This document shows, one piece after another, positions 15,001-26,759 of a stretch of DNA of 64,000 nucleotides (its first letter is position 1; each line of letters starts with the position of its first letter). Source of the DNA: Eukaryota sp. GEM-RC1. Lineage: Eukaryota. Position numbers and translations under genes: made by a program. The stretch lies in NCBI GenBank assembly GCA_040285855.1, contig JAUFOQ010000004.1:372001-436000 (forward strand). Reading direction: 5' to 3'. Below the pieces are notes generated by a model that was not told the DNA's origin, ran no database searches, and worked only from the letters and a program-made list of their open reading frames with translations.

Positions 15001-17879
15001 AGTTTGGAAATAGTAGTAGTTAAGAGATTTGAATTCAACGTGATAGTGGAATCATAGAGAGTTAAGTTCCGCAAAACATATGGAGCTTCAACATTATCAA
15101 TGAGTGGGAACTTTTCAAACACAAAGCGGCCGAAAGATGAGGTAAAATTGTGCAATTCCAATCTATTAAGTCTTTCGACATGTAATAAAGCTGGATCTTG
15201 TTCAGTAGCATCTATAACAAAGTCATGCACAATGAACCCAGTATCTGCCACAATAATATTACCTCCAAACATCTGAACAAAAGGAAACTCTAAGAGAAAC
15301 AGAGCCCCTCTGTCGTAAACAGCTGATCGTTGGAAGTAAATATACCCAGAATGTACCGTAATAGTTTGAATGGGTCCCCAGACAAAACAGAAAGGAGTGA
15401 AGAAAAGTTTTCCAATAGAGTGGTTGATATCGACTGACAACTCATAATCACAGCGTAAGTGGATCTCACCAGAGGGATGAGTGAATCTATAACCTCCCGG
15501 TCCAACAACAGAACTAGAGCTAGACAGTGTAAGTTTGTTTGAATCAACTCTGACATAAGAGGTTTCACTGAGAGTCTCGATATCTAAGGTCAGGGTGTTG
15601 TTCATTCCCAAATGAAGAATAGAGTCAGTTCTAATGTAAATCTTGTGAGAATTGGTGATGAAAGTTCCTCTAGCTAACTCGAGTTTAGCGTGATTGATAT
15701 CAATAATACCATTGTTCTCAATCAAAGAAGGTTTAGAGGAGACATCAGAACAGTTACACCACATCTGCCATTCAACTTCTTTTGGCATAGAAGTACCATT
15801 ATCAGGAGCTAATACACGAGGATTGGAAGCAGAACTTGGAACATATGAACGACTAGGACAACCAGTACCATGGTGATGTCTGTGACAATGCCATGTATTT
15901 CCTCTCAAATACTTAAGACCATGGACAGGATCGTCAGAGTGAAACCACGGAACAGGAGTAGTAGTTCTTAGATCCATTGGCCAATCAGTGATTCTCCATC
16001 TAGTAGATAAAGGAACTAAGGCATCATAAATGGAATCGAACGCATCCCTGTATTTAATCAGACACTTATCCTCACAGAAAGGCCAACTATTGGTACCAGA
16101 GACTGTCGGGAGACATCCTTGGTGCCTCAACTGGTGGTTGGTAGTCAGATTCTTGTTCTCTAGACACACGTGATGAGAGGATCTAGAATAGACCCACTCA
16201 CTGGAAAAAGAATCAGCAGAGTACTTGCCACTGCCAGAAGAACAACCTTTACAACAAGGAGAGTTAGTGATATCATTGCACTTGGTACGATCCACCAAGA
16301 ACTGAACTATTGAAGGAGTAGAATCAGCTAAAACACAGCAAGAGGCTATTCCTGGACCAACGTGAAATAAAACATCAGCAGTAACGTTGATAATGGCACC
16401 GGGATGGTTAGTGAAGTGGAAATCCACATAAGAAAACAAGTCAGTGGTATCATTAAAATGGACAACATCGTGATTATCAATGGAAGAATCCTGTCCAAAT
16501 ATGAAATCACCTTGAATAGTGAGATGCCCTTCATTCACGAGAGAAGATTTCATAGTGAAAACCTTTTCAGGTCCTTTCTGAATATAACCTCCTTGCTGAA
16601 GTACAGTAGTACCAGAGAATCGACCTCCACTCCAACCAAATTCGTTCTCCACAACAAGGGTATCTCCACCCAGTCTATTGGAAGTACCATGCATAAGTAG
16701 AAAGTCAGTAATGACCTCAGCATTGGTTTCAAGGGTGACAGTACCATCAAACAGGTACATTTCCGCAAACCTAGCGGGTCTATCGGCATTCTTAAAATGA
16801 GCATTACCAGTTTGAACTGTGAGGTAGAACCGTTGTTGTGTGAATAAGCGAGCATTATCCTCAATTAAGAAGAGTCCTCCAGTAACTGTAACATGAAAAT
16901 GAGTTACTCTAATTTCAGATTGACCTTTAAAGACAATAGAGCCACCAGTGTTAACCGACCCAACGGTCATATCATACACGCGAGAGGATTCATCAAAGAT
17001 AGCTGCTCCTGTATTAACAAATACAGATCCAAATAGTCTAAAACTGTTAATGGATAGAACAACAGTACCAGATTCAAATAGTAAATCACCGGGACCTTCA
17101 ATAGCACAAGATCTGTGAATTCTGTAGTCAGAGTCGAGTACTAGCATGGAATCAGCATTATTCATTCGGAAATCACCGTAGGCTTCTCCATATCTAGTGA
17201 TTGTGAACTGGGTATAAGGAGCGTTGAAAAACATGGAGCCGTAATGTTCGAACTGGAGGTCCATGGAAATGTGAGAAGGAGCATCAAGATATATGTCACC
17301 CATGTTAGAGAATTCAGCATGGCGGTCTTCAGCAACGGAGGTAAACGTAACATCAGCGTAGAAGTGGGTAGAACAGAAGATATCAGTCTGGAAGATAGAG
17401 AGACGGTTGGTATCAATGAATTGAGGGTCCAAGAAGCGAAGAGTACCGAGAGTAAGAAAGGCGGTTCCCTCTCCAATAGTTTTGCGTTGGGAAGAGGTGA
17501 AGAGGAAGTCGAAAGAGGAAGTGATGGAGCCGTCGCCTGATATTGTGCCAGAGATCCAGGTAACGTTAGTAGCACGAAGAGCGCGCCCATTCGTAATACG
17601 GAGATCAGGTACGGTCTCAAAAGAATCGGAACCCAAGGTGAGACTGCCTATAGTACGATGGGCGGTGAGGATTACGGAATAATCCCCCTCTTTTGTGATG
17701 AAGGCGTGGTCATTGGACCCCGGGACTTGGTTAGGATTCCAATTAGAGGCATCGTGAAAAGAAGAAGAAAAGATCACCCGTCCAGTAAACGTCTGAGATA
17801 AGAAGGATCGATAATAGTAGATACCAAAAGCATATGACAAGAAGAACAACACACTCAACAACAAAAGAATTGTAGTCAT
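1..17879 (-). CDS. Giant secreted/surface beta-helix (autotransporter-passenger-like) repeat protein, >5900 aa, C-terminus beyond window edge; split by about 7 frameshifts
   Basis: ATG 17879 gives signal peptide MTTILLLLSVLFFLSYA, then SFHDASNWNPNQVPGSNDHAFI. ORFs 13335-17978, 12538-13431, 8576-12427, 5356-8655, 3528-5180, 2738-3583 and an open frame from about 2740 to 1 share recurring motifs (WxxGxxxG, GGxRxGxD, FINxG, G/S/T/V/I-rich strands). They join by single-base shifts at homopolymers near 13452, 12630, 8580, 5412, 5208, 3538 and 2766. Confidence 0.8.
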
Positions 17880-18136
17880 GTGGTGATATTGGAAACGAAA
17901 AAATGAGTTGTGTAACATAATGTGATCACAATGTTTCCCTCTGTCTATGTTGAGCTTTTTCTTTTTGTTACCGTCCATAACAGCTACATGTTCATGGTGT
18001 GACCATCAATGTATCCCTTGTCTTTGACCTCTATTTTGCATATGGTTCTTCTCATATATTTCATATAGATGTTGCACTTTTAGTTGGTTTTTTATCTTTA
18101 AAAATTCAATACATGTAGGATACCTGTAGGTGAAAC

Positions 18137-18826
18137 TTACTCAATCTTTGCTTTCAAGAGATTTTTGACATCCATAGCCATTGACCTGATGATTGGTAAT
18201 GCAAGACTCAGATCAGATATACTGATCACTCTCCGGTCAAACATCTGAGGTTTATCACGGGAGAGGTGTATAGTGGATAGACCAGCTTTTGCTGCTCCAA
18301 TACAATCCCACGAATGTGCTGATATAAAGACAATTGATTCATTTTCCTCCCGGGGTGTAAGTCGAGACAGTAATTCGTATGGAGATGCTGAAGGTTTATG
18401 TGAAGAGACTTCCTCTGATGATATCCAATAGTCAATAACTTCTCCCAATCCACTCGTCTCTTTAACTTTATTCATGAGCTGAAGAGACGAGTTTGTCAGT
18501 ACGGCCAAATGAAAGTTCATACTCTTCAACTCTGCGAGGAATTCAGGAACATCCTTGTAAACGGGACAGTTGATATATTCTGATAGAAAGAGTGGATATA
18601 CGTCCGGACATTGAATTTCATTTAGACTATCTTTGACAAGGTCTTCAAAGGGGCGGTAAGAATGTTCAGTGACGCTCAGTTGAAGTTTATGGAACAGGTG
18701 GTTCCAGAATTTAGTGTTTAAGCTGTTTTGCTTACTTTCAGAGTCGGTATACACACGAAAACAATGTGAAACATGATTGGTGTCAATTAAGGTACCATTG
18801 AGATCAAAAGCGATGATCAAGTTCAT
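18137..18826 (-). CDS. HAD-superfamily hydrolase, haloacid dehalogenase type II-like
   Basis: Motifs IAFDLNGTLID, LAVLTNS, KPSASPYE, FISAHSWDCIGAAKAGL. Confidence 0.85.
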   Translation of the reverse strand: MNLIIAFDLNGTLIDTNHVSHCFRVYTDSESKQNSLNTKFWNHLFHKLQLSVTEHSYRPFEDLVKDSLNEIQCPDVYPLFLSEYINCPVYKDVPEFLAELKSMNFHLAVLTNSSLQLMNKVKETSGLGEVIDYWISSEEVSSHKPSASPYELLSRLTPREENESIVFISAHSWDCIGAAKAGLSTIHLSRDKPQMFDRRVISISDLSLALPIIRSMAMDVKNLLKAKIE

Positions 18827-18941
18827 TGAAAGATACTAGATATCCTGAAAATTCGCATCTGAAAGAAAGTCGATAATACAGTGTTTAAAAAAAGGAACAA
18901 GAATTTTGATTTCAGTTTTGGTTCAATCGAAGTGTATTTAC

Positions 18942-19350
18942 CTATGTTCGGAGTCACCTCAACACGTGTTGAATGGTGTTGTCGAGAAGTCCAACACGTG
19001 TTGGATATGTCATTCTTCTATGTCACTTCAATGAATTTGGGTAAATTATTACTGTTCTAGATAAAACTATATTGAATAAAGGTAAAAAATTCAAGTTTAC
19101 TCCAAAGTTTACTTTAAATGTCTGGATTATTGTTGAGCTCTTCATGTTATCACTTCTGGAATCATTGAAAATCAGTGTCAATTTATCAACTTGGTTCAAC
19201 TGTAACATGAGTGAAAAACAGATGTGTTTTTTCAGTTTGTTGATCTTAAGGTGAGTTATTCTTTTCTGCTCAGAATTTATCCAACACGTGTTGGCGCCAA
19301 CACGCAACACGTGTTGAATATTTTCCAACACCGTGTTGAACCGAACACAG
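18942..19350. mobile_element. hAT-type MITE (family A)
   Basis: TIRs ctatgttcgg / ccgaacacag (1 mismatch). 8-bp TSD gtatttac at 18934-18941 and 19351-19358. Repeated subterminal palindrome caacacgtgttg at both ends. Confidence 0.85.
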
Positions 19351-20742
19351 GTATTTACATGTACATTGTATTCTTGTTACTATTTTCTAGTGTTACGAGA
19401 AACGTTTCAACGTTTCAGCTTCTTTACATTACCAATTATTAAAAATAAATTTGAGTTGGTCAAAACATCATGAACTACAATTAAATGTACACTGTCCAGT
19501 CACGTTTCGGAGCCGCGGAAAGTTTCCACTGGAAACGTAGAGACGTTTCTGGAACGCTTCCTCAACGATTTTTTGAAAGTTTTTTCAGTTCAGATCCGTT
19601 TTACATAATGCAGTTCGTGACGTTCCGTATCGATATGAAATGTTTAAATGCAATGGTTTAAATCGAAAATATTTTCGAATACAACCTCTTCTTAAACATT
19701 ACAGTGATGAGATTATTACCAATTCCGACGAGGTGATCTCATTGTTCCATATCTTGATTCTTGTCAAGCAGTGATAGATTGGACAACTGTTGATCCTTGT
19801 GCAAAAGTGAATTAAAATTCTGTTCCGAGTGCAACCGTAATCAATTGCCAAAGCTGGAGGAAGAAAAATCGATAAGGACTTTGACACAATGAAGAACTGG
19901 AGATGACTTCCAATAGTATTCTTCCTCTAAATGCTCTGATTTTACCGTATCAATTCTTGGTAATATTGAAGGTGCTGCTGAAGATTTTTGATGCATTTTC
20001 AGAATTCTATCGTGATTGAAGGAATAACTGAAATCCAACGATTTGGCGCAATCGCATTGTGTTTTCATCGTATAGAAGTTTTCAAAGTATTTGAATAGTA
20101 TACAAATTGTATCGTGATTCAATAGTACAGTACTAGTAGGTGTAGATCATTTTATATTTTTTAAGTACTAATACTGTAGTTTGTATTTCGTTAATTTATG
20201 ACATATACTTTCACAATTGTAATAAAATAGTTTTAAAAACAATTCCTGTTATGATCTCGGAAGCTCTGGTAGCTCTATTTCTGTAAACAAAACGTTTCTG
20301 TGAGTTTCAATGACAATGAATATTTTTTTACAGTTTTGCTACAAAATTGTAGTTATTGTTCTTATTGTATTCTATGTTCTATAAAATTATCTCTAGAAAC
20401 ATAAGAATACGACACAGTTTTTCTTTGAACAAATTTTCGAAATGATGTCATGCGATTGAAGCATAAATTTGAATCTTTATTCTTTGGCACAACCGAATAG
20501 TTACTTAATTATATGTAAGCAGTGCTCTTATTATTTCTTAATTGGCAATTATGTAAACTTGGAAAATAGCTTCCATTCAATTATTGCAATTAATTGTTCA
20601 ATAGATTATCATTACTCGTTACCGAAATAACAAAAAAACCGTTCAAAGTTGATCTTTTAGAATTATCTCTAAATACAATCTAAAATATTTCTCACTGTTC
20701 GTCCGGACTTTCATCGACGACATTTGTAGAGCATTGTGTTCT

Positions 20743-20906
20743 AAAGTACTTAATGTCCCATAAAGACCTCTTGTATCTCAAAAAGAGCTATATGTTCATG
20801 TGTCGGTCAGTAAGAGAGTGTCTCTGTAATCCATAGAGAGATTTCACTACCGAAAATGGTGTTCAACTTCCACCCTAATGGCTGGTACAAAGGCTATCTT
20901 CACGTA
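20743..20906 (-). pseudogene. hAT transposase C-terminal dimerisation domain remnant (copy 2)
   Basis: Reverse complement of 45137-45300. Confidence 0.55.
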
Positions 20907-21672
20907 ATTGTTTCTCGCTTCTGTTATTCAGTTTGTGGATAATTGACAGCAACTTTGCTGACCAAAATTTGCTGAGCCATGGCTTGAAGAATACCCCAGT
21001 TATTGGCAAATAATTGGAGCTGAAAAACAGCTACCAGTCAATACTGCAATTAACTGATTGCCAATTATTGAATTTTCAGTCCAGTTTTGAAACACTTACA
21101 TAATACACAGTAAGTGTTTCAAAGTATTTGAATCGTTTACAAGTCAAAGTCCACTGTGGTTCAAGAGTAGATGTAGAACATCCAGTATATTTAAGTACTA
21201 ATTGTTTCATTCATTTAACTTAAGGATTGATATTTATCAAACCCATTAAAAACACATCAAGAGTTGTCAAACTCTGATGTAGTATCACTAGTAATTGTCG
21301 GCAAAACATGAGGCCGTAAACACGGCTATGTTAATGCGTGAAATACTAAATCGAGATGGAACTGTAAAGGTATCAACTTTCGATTTGATACCTTTACAGT
21401 TCCAAGAGGATAACTGTGAGGTTCTTTTGTGTACGGTTTCTGAAGATGGAGTGGTGGTTATGTTCGCCTCAAAAAAAATCTCCAACCGTTAGCACATTCT
21501 GACACACTCCGAGATATGTTGCGTTCAAGCCTGGATGGTAACAGTACATGCTGAGAGATTCCTGCTACCCACCACCTATATCCTCCCTTTTGATTCTTTT
21601 GAACACTTTCTTTTGATTTATGGACTTAACCAAATATGGCCGGGTTTCACCAGCCAGCTAACAAAAATAAAG

Positions 21673-22773
21673 CTAATTTCTACACAAATACTCTACTCTA
21701 TCATCACTACCATTCATCCAGTGTTCAAACATGTTCATCATGTTCAAACAAGCCATCTTGTTTCGATTCCAATACATTTGACTGGGCACTGTATGCCCTT
21801 TCTTTTTCCCCTTTCAATCGTTTCTTGACTTCTCCCAGACAATGTTTGCTCTTACACTCTAGTAAGCCATGGGGGTGAATCCATTCTCTCTTCTCTCTTG
21901 ATTTGGGCTTTGGGTTGACAACCTCAATAGAAGTTTCAAAAACATCTTCATTACATTCTGGACACTTGGACGAAGTGTTTCTCTCATCATTCATAACTGT
22001 TAAAAACCGTTTCTCTGAAAGAATGAAGTCCAAGTCTTAGTTCTCGATGGTGGACTGTGTTTTAAGTTGGTGATTGGCTTCTGACCTAAATCACCAATAC
22101 ATAGTACAATTTTGTCACGACTACCGAAAGTTTTTACAATGCTGTTAACCAATTTAGACTCTGTCTTTTGCTTGTGGACATGATTTTGGATTTTGTGAAT
22201 CCTCCATATATGCAAAGCATAGAAGTCTTTAGTTGCATTGTAGTGAATGCATTTAGCCAGAATAAACTTTCTAAATTTATTGTAATTAACAGTTTTAGAA
22301 TTCTGTTCTTCACTTAACCAAGTGTTCCATTTCTCAATTTTCATTGTCACAGTTATTGGAATATCATCACCTGCACTCACGGTAGTAGTACCTGATCTCC
22401 TTCTAACAAGGTACTGGTGGATTCTTTTATGCTTTCTTGAAACTCTAGACCACTCAGCATATGTCAATCGTAAGAAGTTGTATTTCTTTAGAGGATTTTG
22501 AGTTTCCCTATTTGATTTAGATGCAAGTTGTAGCATATCTCTCTTTCCAATGTCCACATAACCCATTTCTTTAGAAATAAAATCAGACCTATCACATTCA
22601 TTGAAATATTGTACTTTTACTGAAGCTTTACTTGAATCAGGTTTACATTTCATTCCTTTCAAATCCTTTCTCACAAATTGAAAACAAATGGATATTCCAT
22701 CAGTTACAGCATAATTGTTGAATTCAAAATTGGCTTTGTGAAAACTTCTGTCATCACAGTTAAACCATCTTTT
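21673..22773 (-). pseudogene. 5'-truncated Fanzor1 (C-terminal region with RuvC and zinc finger only)
   Basis: RWFN...TDGISICFQF, YVDIGKRDML, LCIGDLG, NDERNTSSKCPEC, HGLLECKSKHC and, in a shifted frame, YWNRNKMACLNM...RVEYLCRN*. Start codon and N-terminal two thirds are absent. Confidence 0.85.
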
Positions 22774-23026
22774 AATTCTTCATTGGGATTTGACAGTTTA
22801 CAAATATTTACATTGTGTACTGCAAAAGAACATTCTGAGGTCAGAATGTTGCATATAATACGTGGAAAAAACAAATTCGGTATTGTTTTCAGGGAGTGGC
22901 TATATTTTCCAAGTGTGTTGCATATTATTGAACACGCAACACGAAGAAAACACGTCATTTATGGGCATAAAGTGAATTTTCAAAATGATTTCAATTACAC
23001 TAACAGTCGTTTCTATCTCAGTGCTG

Positions 23027-23320
23027 CTATTGTTCCTTCTCAAACTCAGTACTTGTACTAATGTGTTTGTGTTGTGTCTCGACCTCTGTTGTCGGATATG
23101 ATGTTCTTTGTCTTGTTTCCACAACCTCTTCCTCAACAGTTTGCGCTGATTGTTCTCGTGGTGACTTTGACCATACTCTTTTGATCTCTTGACCTGCTTG
23201 TGTCATCTTCTGTCTGAACTTGTCCAGCCCCTCTTGGATCTCTTTCGAAGTGTCTTGAACATTCTTGCTGAGTCGCTCTTGGCTGGCTTTCCAAGATTGG
23301 GAAAATGATTCTTGTGACAT
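23027..23320 (-). CDS. Small hypothetical coiled-coil-like protein
   Basis: ATG-started ORF MSQESFSQSWKASQERLSK with charged amphipathic composition; no recognisable family. Confidence 0.5.
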   Translation of the reverse strand: MSQESFSQSWKASQERLSKNVQDTSKEIQEGLDKFRQKMTQAGQEIKRVWSKSPREQSAQTVEEEVVETRQRTSYPTTEVETQHKHISTSTEFEKEQ

Positions 23321-23685
23321 GGTGTTTGAATAGGAGTTTGTTAATAGAATTTGAGGATTTCTCACTAGTGGTGTTGGTAGATTTCTTGAAAGATTTCCTT
23401 TCGCCTAAAATCTGCACAGTTAACAGGTGTATTACTAACACCTAACTACGTGATCAATATTCACAGTAATAAATACCGATTTTAAAAAGAACCATTTTAA
23501 ACACTTATAAGAACTTGCTATACTGAAAATACAACAAGACGATTACTCATTCAAAAATCAATTTCCTCAAACTCAAGTTTGCCTACAGACAGAAAGGCAG
23601 AAAATCTTCTCTGCGTAATAGTCACCTAGACTTCTTTTCAAAACACCGATTTATATAACACAAAAAACAAAAATACACTTTGGAA

Positions 23686-25161
23686 TTATCCAAAGATCTC
23701 TTCAATGGAGGATATCAAACGCTGAGCATACAGTGAAGGAGGTAAACAACTGGCTGTTCTCCTACACCATAAACAATTCCTAAAGAAATACTCTAAAAAC
23801 TTCCGAAAATTGAAATCTTGTAAAATATCAATAAGTCCAAAAAGTAAACTTCGTCACCCTGAACAACGTCAGTTTCCCCATCAGTTTTAATAGGAGTAAC
23901 AACTGAACTTCGACATTTCTCCTCCAAAGTTCCAAAAGAGGATTAAGAAAGTTAAACTCATTCTGATCGTCATCACTATCTGATAAACTCAATTGATCGA
24001 CTAAACATGACAGACTTCTTGAAGGTCTTGGTGATCCTAGTCTAGGGGAAACTAGCTCAGATTCAATCAAATCACGTGAGTTTATGACCGAAAGCTTCCG
24101 CCTAGGTGTTTCAATTGACTTCAAGCGACTCATGCTACTGAAACCCCCATTATCTATAGTAAACATTGTCTGTAAGATATTCTTATCCCCAATATAAGCT
24201 GGAGCTTTCGGTCCTTGTGACAGTAGGGATATCTTTCTCTTGGAATAAAGATACTTGGAGGTCTTTGAGGGAGCTAATCCAATCAAAAATGAGTAATCCA
24301 TGGAATTGACCGAGAGTAAGAAGTTACAATCTAGACAGAGCTGAGTCATCAAAGTTGACTTCTTCAGACTTCCGAGTGGTAATGAGTGCTTTCCTTTGAT
24401 ATTAATGAAGTCATTGTCTTTTAAAGTCTTAGAGAAGTCACCAGAGGTCTTGTTTAGGGAAGTTCTACCAGCAGATGAACCCTTTAGATCAAACACATTC
24501 CTTATAGATAGATTTGTAGCGAAAAGATTCTTCAACACAATGAAATAATACTGACTCTTACGGAAAGGACCAGGCAAAGTAAGTCTATAATGACCCAAGA
24601 ACCAAGGCAACAGAGTATGAGGATGAGCTAGAATGTATTGATAGTATCTGAATAATATGCTTCGAAGGTATTTAGATTCATTTTTGGAAAGAGTTTTGAC
24701 TATAAAGAGATCATCTTTCGACCAGTAGAACAAGGCGGAGGACTTGCCAGTTGTAGGTTTGACACGTAAGCAAGAGGAACATAAAGATTCTATCAGCTGA
24801 TTGTTTGAAACACTGAAGCGGTTGCGGATATTCTCATAAACAGCAGGGGTATAAGTTCGGAATGAAAAAGGTGTTGGTGATGATGAGAAGATGTGTGTAT
24901 CATTATGGAAAAAGTTAAGATCGTCAGAATTAGAAGACGATTCAGAACCAAGTGAAGTAGCGAGACCCAGCTAATGTGAGACATAATCCTGATGCATACA
25001 GTTATGATAGGAATCAGATCCTTTGGATGATGTGATCGGGTAGAAAGAGGGAATACGGGTGGTAATATCACTTTCGAAAGGAAAAGTAGTAGAAGTAGAT
25101 GTACAACAGTGACACAGAGAGCTGCAATGATGACAAGAAGTACCGTGGAGGTGATCGGCAT
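23686..25161 (-). CDS. Phosphatidylinositol-phosphate kinase (PIP5K/MSS4 family) with predicted 29-nt intron and a 3' frameshift
   Basis: FSFRTYTP, GKSSALFYWSKDDLFIVKT, HPHTLLPWFLG, FDLKGS, LKDNDF, MDYSFLIG, then after a shift near 23840 IDILQDF...PPSLYAQR. Removing 24971-24999 joins DLIPIIT to LGLATSLG in frame. Confidence 0.85.
24971..24999 (-). other. Predicted 29-nt spliceosomal intron in PIP5K
   Basis: gtatgc...tctcacattag; GT-AG ends with a CTCAC branch-like motif. Removal restores the frame and deletes an in-frame TAG. Confidence 0.65.
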
Positions 25162-25217
25162 GACGACACCTACACAATAATGCAGTGCAATCCTTTGACA
25201 AACTTACCAACCTTCAA

Positions 25218-26432
25218 ATGTTCACTTCCTTCAAAGACAAAGTCTATGCTGCAATGCACTCGGATGTTGCTAAATCAGCCATCAAAGCTTCCAATCATGA
25301 TGACATTGTCAAGGAAAAGCATGTCCGAAACCTTATCATTTCCTCTCATTCTTCCAGCCGAGTAAGTGAGGTGATATCTTCATTAGCATTACGTCTCAAT
25401 CATAAAGAATCTTGGATAGTTCTGAAGTCTCTCATTATTCTTCATCGACTAATTAAAGAAGGTTCATCACAGTTTCTCTCTTCTGCTGCTCTGTCAGCAT
25501 CTAGCCTCATCTTCCATCATTCCTTCTCAGATCCTACTTCACCACAATCTCTTATACTATCTCAATTCGTCCGTGGATACTCCAAATACCTAGAAGAGTT
25601 ACTCCTTGTCTGCAAACAAAACCGCAACGCCTCATCACGTGTATTAGCCTCCAAAGTCCTACGTGACAACCACGCAGATTACACGTCATCAATCTCTTCA
25701 GGACCAAAGTCTCAGTGCTTGGATCTCTTCCGAACCTCTCCTGTCCAAGAATGCTCCAAACAAGCAGACTTTCTACTTGACATTCTAGACTCTGCTCTTT
25801 CTATTGACTATGAATCAGTACCTCATGGACTACAGATTACCAGGATTGCTACTGGGATGATGCTGACAGACACTCTGAAGGTAAGTGGAGCTCTGATTGC
25901 GTATAATAGGAATCTACTTGATGTTTACTTTCAATTGACTTCCGTTGACCACGCACAGGGAGCTTTGAATCAATACAAGAAGTTTGCTTCTCTTCTAGAA
26001 CGAATGGTTGTATTAGACTGTGTAGCTGTAAGGTTTAGAGTAGAGCTACCCAAGTCTGTATCTGTGTCTATTACTCAAGATATGGAGTTGTACATTGAGA
26101 ATTTAAGAAGAGGAGAGGAGTGTGGGGGGTCTCTTGGTCTGGATTTAGAGATTCCTGATGTTGAGTCAGTTGAGGATGCAGAGAAGAATATACAGGATTC
26201 TCTGTTTGGTGATTTTCTGTCGAAAGATGAAGCTTCTTTGTTTGATGATGATTTTTTCAAAGACGAAAGTGCTGGTCAGAATAAGGATCAAGATCAAAAT
26301 CAGGAATCTAAAGGTCAAATGGGATTTGATGATGAGTTCTTTGATGGGTTTGGTGATGGTCTTACGAAGTCAGAGGATTTAAAGAAATCAGATCAATCAT
26401 CTAGAAATTCTGATTTATTGGATCTGTTTTAA
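25218..26432 (+). CDS. ANTH-domain clathrin assembly protein (AP180/CALM-like)
   Basis: AIKASNHD..VKEKHVR, WIVLKSLIILHRLIKEG, FVRGYSKYLEE; acidic tail with DF/FF motifs and terminal DLLDLF. Confidence 0.88.
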   Translation: MFTSFKDKVYAAMHSDVAKSAIKASNHDDIVKEKHVRNLIISSHSSSRVSEVISSLALRLNHKESWIVLKSLIILHRLIKEGSSQFLSSAALSASSLIFHHSFSDPTSPQSLILSQFVRGYSKYLEELLLVCKQNRNASSRVLASKVLRDNHADYTSSISSGPKSQCLDLFRTSPVQECSKQADFLLDILDSALSIDYESVPHGLQITRIATGMMLTDTLKVSGALIAYNRNLLDVYFQLTSVDHAQGALNQYKKFASLLERMVVLDCVAVRFRVELPKSVSVSITQDMELYIENLRRGEECGGSLGLDLEIPDVESVEDAEKNIQDSLFGDFLSKDEASLFDDDFFKDESAGQNKDQDQNQESKGQMGFDDEFFDGFGDGLTKSEDLKKSDQSSRNSDLLDLF

Positions 26433-26759
26433 TTCGTGTTTTTTTTGACGGTATTTGTTTACATTTTTGCGGTTTTAATGAGAGAAGCTCAATTGCTCTA
26501 GCTAAGTTTTTAAAATAGTTGTTCGATTGGATACATCATTAATATACTTTTATTAAAGTTTCTGGTTTTCTTCAAATATGTATACACTGTTTCTACGGCT
26601 TCGTGAATGTCGTGTCTAAGTAAACGAGTTCTGACATAATTGCAATGTCCTTGTTGCTTGGCATCTCATTTGAAAAATTTTGAATTGGGTCCTAATCTAT
26701 CTTTAAATACTAGTATTAAAAAAGTTTATCGATGAAGGGCACATAAGTGTATATCATAA

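Larger units (their letters stand above)
19677..22957 (-). mobile_element. Inverted, internally deleted copy of the Fanzor element plus its 2-kb downstream tail
   Basis: 22957-22774 matches 40879-41066 (diverged). It joins directly to 22773-19677, which matches 43273-46366 (mostly near-identical). Confidence 0.9.

Noticed and set aside
129..17682. Many short overlapping or antisense ORFs in the track
   Set aside because: They are shadows of the long coding frames and carry no recognisable motifs.
18955..19340. CRISPR-like array from repeated caacacgtgttg
   Set aside because: Spacing is irregular, there are no unique spacers or cas genes, and the repeats are MITE subterminal motifs.
19389..19630. 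Possible further MITE with aaacgttt repeats
   Set aside because: No matching TIR pair or TSD found.
19681..23131. acaacctcttc at 19681 and 23121 as a TSD of Fanzor copy 2
   Set aside because: One match is inside the duplicated unit and the other is about 160 bp outside it, within an ORF.
24971..24973. TAG reassigned to Gln in PIP5K (SH*LGL)
   Set aside because: A 29-nt GT-AG intron explains it, and TAG/TAA terminate other genes here at the expected positions (for example DTD1).
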